64,000 bases of DNA from Neocallimastix sp. 'constans' (Eukaryota), in NCBI GenBank assembly GCA_050613775.1, contig JBODTK010000151.1, positions 186,001-250,000 on the forward strand. The letters run 5' to 3'. Under the pieces are notes generated by a model. That model saw only the letters and a list, made by a program, of their open reading frames with translations. It was not told where the DNA came from and did not search any database. Made by a program: the position numbers and the translations under genes. Each line of letters starts with the position of its first letter. Position 1 is the first letter of the stretch. Positions 13,716-27,973 of the stretch are shown piece by piece.

Positions 13716-15597
13716 TTTTTTACTAATAATCTAACTTTATAAATGATTAACATTTTGAACAAAATCACCTTTTATAAAAAGTGTTTTAATATTAATATGA
13801 ATATCAATTTAAGTAATTGAAGTATGAATAATAATAATAATTAATAGTAATAATTAAATAAATAATTAATAATTAATTATTGATAATTACAATAATTATT
13901 AATTACATACATTTTTTTTTTATTTTTCTTTTTCAATATTTTTGATTTTTAAATTTTCTTTTTAATTTATTATTCATATCGACAAATATTAATAATTAAA
14001 ATTATTAAAGTTTTGATACAATTATATACAAAAATATATTTCACAATGAATTCATAAATTAAAAATTAATAGTCATTAAAGTTTAAATCATATAAATTTA
14101 TTTCATGAATACTTTTTTTTACCTTATTTATTAAGGTTAACTTTAAAAGAATGGTTAAATTTCGAGTGGAAATGAATTTCATTTATTTGTTTTATAAAAA
14201 AAAAAAAGTATATTCAATATATTAGACAATATATTTCAATATATTTCAACCAAATTTAATTAAATTAATAAACAAAATTAAATTGCCAAAAATAAAAAAA
14301 ATATTAAGATAATAAAAAAAAAAGAGGATTAATCGAATATTTAATTTAGTATATTATTTGATATATTGAAGAAAAATGTATATTATTTAAAAAAAAATAA
14401 AAACTTTACTATTCTGATTATATTTTTATAAAATTTGTTTAAAAGTTAATATAATAATGAAAAATATAAATGAATAAATAAATATAAAATAAATAAATAT
14501 AAAAAATAAATAAATATAAAAATAAATAAATATAAAAATAAGTATAAATAAATATAAATATAAATAAAAATAAATATAAATAAACATAATAATATAAATG
14601 TATAAAATGTATAAATTAATATCAGTGTATAATTTTCATATATATAAATAAATTTATTAAAGTAAATAAGTAAATAGGTAAATAAATCTTTTTTAAATTA
14701 CAAAAAAAAAAAAAAAAAACCATAATAATTATATTTTTTGTAATAATAAAAATTTTTATTAATTCATATATTATTTTAATTTATTTATGAAAAAAAAAAA
14801 AAAAAAAAAAAATTAGGATTTTTTTTTATTTTTATTTCTTTTAAAATAAATTCTTTTTGTAATCTAGTATTATATATATATAATAATTCAAATTAATTTA
14901 TTATTTACTTTATTCTTTTTATTTTTTTTTTTATATAAATGTTTTAATTATTTAAAACAATAGATTTATAGATTTTATATACATAAAAAAAATAACAAGA
15001 AAAAATAATATCAACATTATTTTATATTATATTACGTTATATAATATAAATATATGCTTCGATAGATTTTAAATAATAGTAACAAGAATTTTCATTAATA
15101 TTATTATAAATATATAAAGGATATAAAAAGAATAAAAGGAGGGAAAAATAAAAATAAAAATAAAGATATTAAAATTAATAATTAAAGAAAAAAGAAAGTT
15201 AAATTATAAAGCTTCTTTTTTTCCTAATTTCTCGTAATTATAGTAAGTTTATTACTATTAAAACTTAAAATATATTGTATAAATAATATAATATGTAAAT
15301 GATTATAATTGAAAAATGCTGAAGCTTATAAAATTTAGAATATTAAAATACATATACTAATTTATTATTTATATTTATTTATTTTATTATTTAAATACAT
15401 TTATAGAATGCTTATAAATTAAAAATAAGCAGATTACACTTTCATAATATTAAATATTTATATATATATAAAGAGCTTAATCTTATCTAAATTATTATAA
15501 TAAATGATTTGATGTATTTAAGAAAATAAAAAATTATATTCAAATTATAATAAATAAAATTTTTTAAAAAAAAATAATAAATTAAAACAAAAGTAAA

Positions 15598-16185
15598 ATG
15601 GTTACTAAACCAACAAATGAGAAAGGAGAGGATGAAAAACGTCCTGTCATAATAAATGCACATCCAAATAATGGGCATTCATTACCAAGAAGAAACACTA
15701 CCTTAACTAGACCAAATCGTCAGCCAACACTTAGAAGAAATTTAATGAGAAATGAAAATAGACCACCACCAGCTGCAAGAGCAGGTAATTATTATTAAAT
15801 TCAAACATTATCATTAAATTCAAATAATGATAATAATAATAATAATAATTGTTAATTAGAAAAATATTTATTAATTAAAATAAGTTTTTTTTTATTAAAT
15901 TTTAAAATAAGAATTAAAATATAAATATTTCTTTTTTTAATTATTATTTTTTTTAATATTAATTTTTTATTTTATTTTAATTTATTTTTTTTTTTTTATT
16001 TTATTTTATTTTATTTTATTTTATTTTATTTTATTTTATTTTATTTTATTTTATTTTATTTTATTAAATCTGTACTTTATATTCATATTTCTACTATTTA
16101 TTTTATTTTATTTTATTTTATTTTATTTTATTTTATTTTATTTTATTTTATTTTATTTTATTTTATTTTATTTTATTTTATTTTA

Positions 16186-16216
<31 letters not shown>

Positions 16217-16234
16217 TTATTTTATTTTATTTTA

Positions 16235-16265
<31 letters not shown>

Positions 16266-19200
16266 TTATTTTATTTTATTCAATTTGTACTAATATTTAT
16301 AATTCTACTATTTATTTATTTTTTTTTATTTTATATTCAATTCAATACTTTACATATATATTTCTTTTATTTATTTCATTTTTTATATATTATATTTTAT
16401 TTTACTTTATTTTGTTCTATCTTTATTTTTTATTTTACAAAAATAAAAAATAAATTATTTAAATTAATGAAAAAGGTGCTACAAGTGGTAGGACTTTAGC
16501 ACAAACATTAGAACCATTAGATATAGAAGATGAAGAACCCAGTGGTTGTTGGACATTAACTTCCAAAATATTAACCTTTTGGGCTATACGTCCAATAAGA
16601 GCTATATTTGGTGTAGGAAAAGATAGAGCTATTGTTCAAGCTTGGCGTGAAAAGATAGCCCTTTGTATGATTATATTTATCTGTTGGTTACTTATGGGTT
16701 TCTTTACAGTAGGTATTCAACCTGTATTATGTCCAAATGAGAAAAAAAAGGAAGGAAATAGTTATGAAAATAATCAATTTATAAATCATCAAAGTTCTGA
16801 ATTGTCTTCATTTTATTTTTATAGAGGAAAGGGATATAAAGTTAGTGAAGTCAATAAAAAGTTTCAAGAACAAATTGATAAAGGTGTAAATATAAAATTA
16901 ATTCCACATGATTTTGTTGGTAAAGATATAACACCACTTTTCAGAGATTGTCAAGGAGGTGAAAATACATTCTTTTGTAAAAATTATATTCATCCTTGTG
17001 CTAAATTTTATCCTAACAGTAAATATGATGAATGTAAAATTATATCTGAGGATAATGGTAAAGTCGAGTACAAACTTGATAATTGTATCAATTCTTTATT
17101 AATGAAAGTAATAAATGATCCAGTTAGACCTTCTTATGAATGGGAAGAAATTGAAAAATCATCATTAACACAATATATTGTCTATAATGGTATTGTAATT
17201 AAGGATGTAAATAAAGTAGGAAATATAACCCTTGATAGAGAAACCGAAACCATGTTTAAGAGATCAATCGGTACAGATGGAACACGTTATTTCTTAACTA
17301 CTAAAACTATGAAAACTTTAGGTGATTGTTTAATTCAAAATCATGCTGCGGGTTATTTGAATAAGGAATCTATGGGTTGTGGTTTATCAAAAATTATAAC
17401 TATTGTTATTACTATGGCTATTCTTGGTGTTGTTTTAACTCGTTTCATAATGGCGGTCATCTTTAGTTGGTTTGTTTCTGGTAAACTGGCTCAACCCAAA
17501 CCAGGCAAAAAAGTACGTCATTTACATACTATTTGCCTTGTCACCGCTTATTCTGAAGGTGAAGAAGGTATCCGTTGTACTTTGAATTCGCTTGCTTCTA
17601 CTACCTATCCTGATAAAATGCAATTATTATTTGTTATTGCCGATGGTATTATTGTTGGTTCTGGTAATGATCGAACTACTCCAGATATTTGTGTTGGTAT
17701 GATTGTTCAAGACCCAAGATTAGGTAAACCAGAACCAAAATCCTATTTCGCTATTGCTGATGGTTCAAAACAACATAATATGGCTAAAGCTCATGCAGGT
17801 TACTATATTGTTGATGGTCATAAAGTTCCTGTTATGGTTATTGTAAAATGTGGTACTCCAGCTGAAGCTAAAGCTGCTAAACCAGGTAATCGTGGTAAGC
17901 GTGATTCTCAATTATTATTGATGAATTTCTTAAGTCGTGTTACTTTCGATGATCGTATGACTCCACTTGATTATGATATGTTTAGAAAAATAAAACATAT
18001 CTGTGGTGTAAGTCCGGATAAATTTGAAATTGTTCTTATGGTTGATGCTGATACCAAGGTATTACCAACTTCACTTTCATATATGGTTACTGCTATGATC
18101 AATGATCCAATGATTATGGGTCTTTGTGGTGAAACTCGTATTGCTAATAAGACAACATCATGGGTTACGTGGATTCAAGTTTTCGAATACTATATTTCTC
18201 ACCATTTAGGTAAATGTTTTGAATCATTATTCGGTGGTGTTACCTGTTTACCAGGTTGTTTCTGTATGTATAGAATTAAAGCTCCAAAACCAGGTACACC
18301 AAACACTTATGTACCAGTTTTAGCTAATCCAGATATTGTGGAAGATTATTCAGAAAATGTTGTTGATACTTTACATAAAAAGAATTTATTATTATTAGGT
18401 GAAGATCGTTTCCTTACCACATTGATGTTAAGAACTTTCCCTAAACGTAAGATGGTTTTTATTACTCAAGCATTATGTAAGACTATTGTTCCTGATGAAT
18501 TTAAGGTATTACTTTCACAACGTCGTCGTTGGATTAACTCTACTGTTCATAATTTAATGGAATTGGTATTGGTTAGAGATTTATGTGGTACTTTCTGTTT
18601 CTCTATGCAATTCGTTGTTGCCATGGAATTATTTGGTACTGCTGTTTTACCAGCAGCTATTGTATTCACCGTTTATTTATTAGTAGTTTTAGGAAAATGT
18701 ATTTACGATGGTACTAACAATAAAGAAGTAAATACTTTAAAATATATTTGGGATAATGGACCAATTGCTCCATTAGTTATGCTTTTCGCTGTATTAGGTT
18801 TACCAGGTATTTTAGTTATGCTTACTACTCAAAAAATCATTTATGTTCTTTGGATGATCGTTTATTTATTAGGTTTACCAGTATGGAATCTTGTTCTTCC
18901 AGTCTATGCTTTCTGGCACTTTGATGATTTCTCATGGGGTGAAACTCGTAAAGTTCAAGGTGATAATGGTGCAGATCATAGTAAAAAGGAAGGTAAATTT
19001 GATCCATCTGAAATTCCACTTAAACGTTGGTATGAATATGAAAAAGATCTTAGAGGACCTAATATGACATATAAGGTTTCCAGTATGGCCCCACCAGTTC
19101 CAAGACCACCAGTAATACCAGTAAGTATCAGTCCTCAAGTAAGACCAATAGGACCAAGACCATCTATAACCGTTACTGGTGGGCCAGGTTTAGGACCAAG

Positions 19201-19633
19201 ACCAGTATCGATCCCTGCCCCTAATACAAATAGACCACCACCATTAGGACCAAGACCAACTACTGTCCCTGCTCCTAATAATTCAAATAGACCACCATTA
19301 GGTCCAAGACCAACAGGACCTATAATGAATATTCAACCTCCAAATTCTTTACCACGTCAACCTGTACCTGTACCTCCAGGTGTTGTTAGACCATTACCAC
19401 CTGGTTCACGTCAAAGTTTACCTGTACCTATTCGTCCAGGGGCAATAAGACCAGTCTATGGTTCATTACCAAGACCTATACCTCCTCGTCCAGGATCAAT
19501 GAGACCTATACCTCCAGGAGGAGTTAGACCTCTTCAAGGTTCAGTTCAACGTCAACCTAGCCCTGTACCTCATCGTCCAAATAATATGAGACCACCACCA
19601 TCACATAATAAAAATAATATACCCAAACGTTGA
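15598..19633 (+). CDS. CHS: Chitin synthase, division 2 (class IV-like), tandem paralog; join(15598..15784,16476..19633), ~1114 aa, long Pro/Arg-rich C-tail
   Basis: Same catalytic motifs (EDRFLT, QRRRW, DADT). The donor gtaatt at 15785 and the acceptor aag at 16473-16475 are in frame with the 16667 ORF. Exon 1 is homologous to exon 1 of the first copy. Confidence 0.95.
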
Positions 19634-19681
19634 ATAGAATAAAAATAAAAAGAATAAAAAAAAATAAATAAAAATAAAAAG

Positions 19682-19727
<46 letters not shown>

Positions 19728-20019
19728 AAAGAGAAAAATAAATAAATAAAGAAAAAAAATTATAATAATAATAATAATATAATAATAATAAAAATGAATT
19801 AAGATTAAATAATAATAATCTGTATTAAATATTCTTTTTTCACATCATTATATATATATATATATATTTTTTTTTTTTTTCATATATATATTTTTTATCA
19901 ATATTATCGTCTTTTTCTATTTTTTCTATTTTTTTGTTTTTTGTTTTTTTTTTTTTTTATTCTAAATTTTAAAATAATAAAAAAGGCGAAACAAAGATAA
20001 AAACAAAACAAAACAAAAC

Positions 20020-20056
<37 letters not shown>

Positions 20057-20309
20057 AGTAATTGTAATAATAATAATAATAATTAATACGTTAATAATTA
20101 CATTTAGTTATTAGATTAGTTTTTTGAAACATTTTTTTTTTTTTTTTTTAAAAAAAAAAGAAAAAAAAAATAATAATAATAATAATAATAATAAAATAAA
20201 ATAAAAAATACAAGTAAATAATAAAACAAAATAAAAAATAAAATAGAAATAAGTAAATAAGTAAATAAGTAAATAATAATAATAATTCAATATCATTCCG
20301 TAAATAATA

Positions 20310-20347
<38 letters not shown>

Positions 20348-20420
20348 TTATATTATTTTAATATTATTTTGATAAAAAAAAAAAATAATAATAATAACCA
20401 TATAATTAATTATATATTTA

Positions 20421-20452
<32 letters not shown>

Positions 20453-20514
20453 CATTTTTTTATTTATTTTCTTTTTGTACATATACTCCTTATTTATTAT
20501 TATTATTATTATTA

Positions 20515-20549
<35 letters not shown>

Positions 20550-20611
20550 AGAAATATTTATTAGAAAATTGTTACAGGCATACTTTTCATAATCTTAGTT
20601 ATAGTAATTAT

Positions 20612-20642
<31 letters not shown>

Positions 20643-20704
20643 GATATATTTTACGTTAGTTATAAAAATGAAAATTAATCAGAATTCATTATTATTTATT
20701 TTCC

Positions 20705-20757
20705 TTTACTAATACTTATCATCTTCAGTAGTAATTGTGGCCTCAACTTCGTTATCT

Positions 20758-20788
<31 letters not shown>

Positions 20789-21526
20789 CATTTTCTGAAT
20801 CATTTTTACATAATCATCATCAGTAGAATTATCAAATGGAATCCATCCTTTAAATTAGTTGGACTACCAATTTAGGATTTAATTCAGCTCTTCTTGGTGA
20901 GCATTCTATATATGAAAAAAAAAAAAAATTAAACTTAATGATGGGAAGCAAAGACAATTAGTTGACAATATTTTTAATCAAAGTTCAACTTTTGTCGATC
21001 GACTGTTCCATATTTTTTTTTGGGGGGATTTCGGAGTTTCTAACATACGTAATACCATTAATTTATCGATCTTTTTTTAGATTGATAATGAAATGGTATT
21101 CCGTTGAATCTACCATTGCTATGAACGGAATAAGGCATAGATTTTCACCTCCCGGTGAAAGATCTGATACAGATTCGGTTGATAACACTAATACTGAAAT
21201 TATTACTCGCCATAATGGATACAGTGTTATCGTCGATGAATGGGAAAAAATTAGAAACTATTGCTTCTAACGCACTTTTTATCATAACAAAATATATAAT
21301 ATTTTATTTCATGTATTTTATTTTATTTTTTTTTTTTTTTTTTCTTTAAAATCATGTAATTTTATTATTATTATAAATTAAAGAAACTATTGCTTCTAAC
21401 GCACTTTTTATCATAACAAAATATATAATATTTTATTTCATGTATTTTATTATATTTTTTTTTTTTTTCTTTAAAATCATGTAATTTTATTATTATTATA
21501 AATTAAAGAAAGTTATTCTCTAAGTC

Positions 21527-21565
<39 letters not shown>

Positions 21566-22110
21566 TTATTCAATTGAATAATCCATTGAATAATCTGTTG
21601 GATAATCAATTGGATAATTAGTTGGGTAATCAATTGTCCAGAAATTATCATAGTTTAAATCAATATCAAGGTCAATTTAACATTTTTTTTTTTTCCATTT
21701 TAAATTCTGACAAACCATTACAATAAGCTCCTTGGAATTCATTTTCTTCAGTTTGGTCGTTATCCTGATTTTCAATTGCTTTTATATCATTGTCCTATCA
21801 TTCATTCAATAAAATTTTCTTCAGATATGAAAAAAATTTCCCTATCCAATAATTCAAATAATTCTGGTCTTTAACCCTCTTCAATAAAAGTAAATGCTGT
21901 GCATCGATCCATACATGGTGTACGTACCTCGAACTCACAGAGATCACTGGGTTCGGCACTGCAGCCGCAAAGCAAAACCTCGTTGGCTCTTTTTGCTGAA
22001 AAAAAAAAAAAAAAAAAAATTTATTAATAAATATATTAATTATATATTAAATATATTTATTAAACTCTATTATATTCGTTAGATAAATATTTTATTTACC
22101 ATAACAACAT
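20705..22110 (-). pseudogene. Decayed, probably multi-exon coding sequence of unknown family
   Basis: Blocks richer in GC give protein-like minus-strand translations broken by stops (..LCGCSAEPSDLCEFEVRTPCMDRCTAF..; LEAIVSNFFPFIDDN..GIPFHYQSKK..; GWIPFDNSTDDDYVKMIQ). An intron-like segment gtaaat..ctaac..ttttcag spans ~22099-21996. Confidence 0.4.
21254..21510. repeat. ~128-bp direct tandem duplication
   Basis: gaaactattgcttctaacgcactttttatcataac... at 21254 and 21382. Confidence 0.9.
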
Positions 22111-22477
22111 AAATAAAGACAAAAATGTATAATTTAATAACATTCTTAAATCTTTTTATTTTTTATAATACTTTTCGTTATTTTTCTTTTATATATATAT
22201 TTGTCAGTTTTTTTTTTTTTATTCCATCCAATTAAACTTTTTTATGAATAATGTAAATTGTTTCATAAAAATAATATTTAATATTTCAGTTAATTTCTTC
22301 TTGAAGGCTAATTTTCACTAATTTTCTCTATTTAGGTTATTTTTATTCATTCACTAAAGAAAAATATATATATATATATAATTTTTAATAATCAGTATAA
22401 AAAATCAGTTAAGTAACTTTCCATAAATATATTATGCTCTTTATTTTATTTTGCCTATTTCCCCCTAAAATCCAAAT

Positions 22478-22513
<36 letters not shown>

Positions 22514-23822
22514 GGAATATTCTCCTCATTAAAGTATTAATGATTGAAATTCAATGATTATAACTTTAAATTACTTTGTAATCAATAAGTATGGCTTTGT
22601 ATTAATCTAGATTAGATAGTAGCAAAAAAAAAAAAAAATAAAATGAAATAAAATAATAAAAATTTTTTTTTTTTTGAAAAGTCCTATTATTCTCCAAATT
22701 TTTATGTGGATTTAAATTAATATTAAATATTAAATATAAAACTTTTTTTTTTTTTTTTTAATATACTTTATATAAAATTTTTAATAAAAATTAAAAAATA
22801 ATAATAATAAAAAATAAACTAAAAATAAAAATAATTACTACATAATTTTATTATTCATATATTTAAATATCAATTTAGGAAGCTTTTAATTAAAATACTT
22901 TAATTAGTCATTAATAAAAGTATTTTTTTTTAAGAATAAAGATATATATATATTCAAATTTTGAATATAATTGAAGCTTTTAATATATATATAATATTTT
23001 TATTTATATATATATTAAAAGCTTTACTAGTATTGTACAATTTTAAAAAAAATTATAATTATGATCTTTTAAAATTTAATATAGATATATACATTATTAT
23101 TATATAAAGACTTTACATAATAATATAATTAAAAAATTTTTTTTAAATATATTTAATATAGTATTAATAAAAATAAATGTATCTTTTATAAAAAAAAATT
23201 TCTTTCTGTATTATTATTATTACATTATTATTACTGATATTATCGATATTATAATTATTTATTAATCTTTATTATAATTAATAGAAATTCAACATTTTTA
23301 ATGTATTTATTTAAATAAATGAAATGGTTATATATTTTATTAATATAAAAATTTTTACTTTGAAAATTAAATTTTACATGAAAAAAATGAAAAAAATATG
23401 TTTAAGAATACAAAATACAAATAATTAATCAGTATTAATTATTTGTCATAATGAAATAATAGTAATAGTAATAATAACAATAATAAATTATAATAAATAA
23501 TAATAATTATTAAATTCATTAATAGTTTATAAAATTTTGATACTAATTGATAAAATAATGAACTAATAAATAAATAATTGATAATTAAAATAATAATAAT
23601 TATATTAAAAATAACAATAATAAATAAATAATAGTAAAGTTATTATTAACCATAATAAATAATATTATAAAATTGATAATAATAACTAATATATAATACT
23701 AAATAAAGTAGAAAATCAATATACATATACATAATATTGTTAAGAATAATGATAAAAATAATAATAAAAAATTATATTAAAATCATTTATCAATAGTAAT
23801 AAATAATAATAATAATATTATT

Positions 23823-23955
23823 AATAAATAATAATAAATAATAAATAATAATAAATAATAAATAATAATAATAAATAATAATAAATAATAATAAATAATA
23901 ATAAATAATAATAAATAATAATAAATAATAATAAATAATAATAAATAATAATAAT
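23823..23955. repeat. 10-bp tandem repeat (ataaataata)n
   Basis: Seen directly in the sequence. Confidence 0.85.
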
Positions 23956-24591
23956 AATTAATAATAATAATAATAATAAATAATAAAAGTAATTTTTGAT
24001 TCTATTAATCTATTTTTAAATATAATTTAATAGAATTGATAATACTTTCACATTAAAAATTAATAACCCTATGGAAACTTTTAATTTCTTAGAATAATTA
24101 TTCTATATAAATCGAATATATATAAATATATATACAAATAAAAATATATAAATATTAATATGACTTTTTTTTTTGTATATATACTTTTTATTGGTATATT
24201 CTATAAAATAAATTTTAACTTATAGAATAATAAAAAAAAATATAACTGTAACTATTGATAATTTTTTTCTAATTAAATGAAACCTAGCTGTAACTGTTAG
24301 TAGTATTCTTAATTAAACTTTTACATGGTAAAAAGAAAAATGTAATTTTTTTTTCAATTAATATCATAATTTTGCAACTTTGTATAATAATCTATAAAGA
24401 AGGAATTAATAGTATGCAAGATTATTTTTTTTAAAGTATTCACTTTAAATTTAAAAGCAATAGGACTTTATTTTAAAATATTAATAAATTGAATTATAAT
24501 TATCACTTTAAATATAATTCTAATTTTTTTTAAAAAATAATAATAAAATTATTATTAATGATTACTTATTATTTTATTATTTAATTATTAA

Positions 24592-24830
24592 ATTATTTAT
24601 TATTTATTATTTATTATTTATTATTTATTATTTATTATTTATTATTTATTATTTATTATTTATTATTTATTATTTATTATTTATTATTTATTATTTATTA
24701 TTTATTATTTATTATTTATTATTTATTATTTATTATTTATTATTTATTATTTATTATTTATTATTTATTATTTATTATTTAATTATTTATTATTTAATTA
24801 TTTATTATTTATTATTTATTATTTATTATT
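24592..24830. repeat. 7-bp tandem repeat (ttattta)n
   Basis: Seen directly in the sequence. Confidence 0.9.
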
Positions 24831-25596
24831 CAATAATTATTTGTTCTTTTCTTATCACATTAAATCAAATATAAATATAATATTTTATTGTATTAACTAA
24901 TAATTAAATATACTATTTTATATAAAACAAAATTCATTTCATATAAAAATTTTTTTTTTCTTTTCTAAAAATATATATATATATAAATAAATAAAGTACA
25001 AAATAAAAATTAAATATTAAAATTAATAATAATAATAATAAAAAAAAAAAAAAAAAACAGTAACATTTGTATTCATGTTTATATTGTATATAATATAATT
25101 ATATAATAATAATATATTATCATTACATTTCCAAACTCCATTTCCATATGATATTTTACTTGATGTATGTACTAAAAAAAATATTAAAATAAATTTTATT
25201 TAAGTTACACAATATACTAATTTAATTTATTTTAAATTAAAAATATAATTTAGTTATTATGAAAAGTGAAAAATTAAAAAATCGTGTTTTTTTTATTTAA
25301 TTTATTTTTTTTCTGTTAATTTTTATATATTTTTATATTTTAAAATTTTAATTTGTCATCCATTCAATTAATTTTAACTTATTTATAAAAATTGCAAAAT
25401 TATTATATTTTTTTTAATAAAAAAAAATAGTTATACTTTTATATTATTATATCAGTATATAAATATTTTTTATTTTTTAATAATTAAAATTTAACCATAA
25501 TACTTAATTAATTTATTAATATGAGAAAAATGATATTATAATAATATTATAGATAGATAATATTTATATTTAAGAAAAAAAAAAAAAATTCTTTAA

Positions 25597-25627
<31 letters not shown>

Positions 25628-26094
25628 AAATATAATATTAAATATATTAAATAAAATAAAATATTATAAAATTTTTGTTAAATAAATAAATAAAAAAAAA
25701 AAAAAAATAGAATAATATTGATTTAAATATTTATAAATAAAATTCTATATTTATATTTATATTAATACTTGTATAAATATATATATAAATCTCAATATTT
25801 ATACAATTATTAATCAATATTAATTTATAATATTTTATTTTATAAATATATATATATTTTTAATATTATTATTATGTTTTAATAGTATTGAATTATCCAA
25901 CAATCAAAAAACCTAAGGACTTAACGAAAAAGGAAATTAAATGGCAGATAACGATACTGAACGAACCTCAAATATGAACCTTTTAAAAAAAGATTAGATA
26001 TCTACTCATATTTAGGTTTAAATTTAATTTATAGTAATTTGAAAGCTACTTTTTCAATATGGTTGAGGGTATTTCTGGTTCTAATATTTCCTAT

Positions 26095-27309
26095 CTAATA
26101 TTTCCTATTGAAATTCTTTATTGGTTGTACTATTTTTCCAGAAGTATATGCTCCTTTACTTATCAGATAGCTAATTATTTCTTGGTATTTTTGCTTCTGT
26201 AATTCTGAAAACGTCGGTGTTTGCAATTTTGATTTAGCAATCCCCAAAGGAGTAGTTCTGTTTTCATTTTGTTTGTTAACATCCGCTCCATGTTCAATCA
26301 AACATTTAACAATGTTTTCATGTCCTTTTTCTGCTGATGCATATAGTGCATTCGATTTATTAATATCAGCACCATGATTCACTAGATATTTAACTATTTC
26401 TAAATTTCCGTTTTGAGACACCAAAAACAAAATAGTAGATGTGTTGTACGTTTTTTGACCATTAGGATACAAATTAATGGATGTCTTATATTCTTAATTA
26501 ACAAATTTTTTATCATAACTGCTTCCATCAAGATTTTTTGAATTTGTTCATGGTTAACATGCTCGGTTTTTGACGTAGTGCTCGTTTGATATTTCGGATT
26601 ATTCTTTTTTTTTTTTTTTTTTGTTAGCCTGCTCGAGTATTTGTTTCTGATTATTAATTTCTTTTTTTAGCCTGCTCGAGTTTTCGCTCTAGTTCTTTTA
26701 ATATTTTCTCCAGTTCTTGCTTTTCCAGTGATAACTTAGTTTGAGATGCTGTCAATTTTAGCAATGTTTTAATTTCCATCTCCACTAAGCCTTCGATGAG
26801 GTTAAGCTATTTCTCGTCCTAAAGAAAGTTTAAATGTAAATGTGTCAGTGGGATTCTTCTTTTTGAAGTTTTGTGTTTGATTGATTCCTTTCTTCTTCAT
26901 ATTGCGAAAATTTTTGTTTTGAGCTTTCATTTTTTGCTTGCTGTAGCTGCTGTATTTCGTTTTCCAATTCCTTTATCTTTAATTTCTGAGCATTCTCTCT
27001 TTGAGTCGATTCGTCTAATTTCTTCTGTAATGTTTTAAGAGCTTGCTGATATTCAGCAAATGCCATTTCTTTCGTTATTTTTGTGTTTTCCGATCTTGAG
27101 ATTTCTCCCCGATGTGGCTCTTTTTGCTCAAAAATTTTCCGTCTTTCTTGTAATTCTGACTTGTTTGATTGAGTAATTTGTTTAAATTGCTCACATAATC
27201 TCTCCAATTCCCGCTTCTGTCGTTCCAACCGAGTCATTGATTTAAATGCTTTGACTGGCCGATCTTCCTCTGCTGTTGGCTCTCAATCCATCTCATCATC
27301 GAAATCCAT
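26095..27309 (-). pseudogene. Intronless coiled-coil plus ankyrin-repeat pseudogene
   Basis: Ankyrin consensus LFLVSQNGNLEIVKYLVNHGADIN and ALYASAEKGHENIVKCLIEHGADVNKQ..TPLGIA. Upstream E/K/Q-rich coiled coil. In-frame TGA at 27283-27285, further TAG/TAA stops, and frameshifts at A-runs between 26480 and 26845. Confidence 0.8.
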
Positions 27310-27881
27310 TCCCCAAAAGTAGTATTTGTAAATCAATGATATTTCTCTTTTATTACTTAATGTTTTACTATTAATATAAACTTTTATTTCCACTTTTGTT
27401 TTATGTCATATTAATTTTTATTTCTAATTTTGTTATATTACTTAATATGTAATAAAACATAAGTGAAAAAACATTAACTTTTTTTTTTTTTTATTATTAT
27501 TATTTTTTTATTTCTCTCTTAATTATTTTATTAATTTAGCCTCACTTTAAAAATTAAGATTAATTTTAAAATTATTTTATTAATTTAGCCTCACTTTAAA
27601 CTAATAAAGTTTGATGTAAATATTAAATATGAATTATATTTGTTTTGAAAATATAAAATACTATAGAATATATAGTTAACATTTCTTTAAAAGTTTATTA
27701 CAATTAATATTAATTTTAATTAATATTTAATATGATAATAGAGTATATAATTTATTAGGATAATTATAAATATATTAATATGAATTTTATAATAGAAATA
27801 AATAATGGTAAACTTTTATTTTGAAATAGAATTTATTTTCTTTTTTATAATTCATTCTAAATACTCTAGATTAAGTTAAAA

Positions 27882-27973
27882 TATAAATATTATATAAATA
27901 TTATATAAATATTATATAAATATTATATAAATATTATATAAATATTATATAAATATTATATAAATATTATATA
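27882..27973. repeat. 11-bp tandem repeat (tataaatatta) x~8
   Basis: Seen directly in the sequence. Confidence 0.9.
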
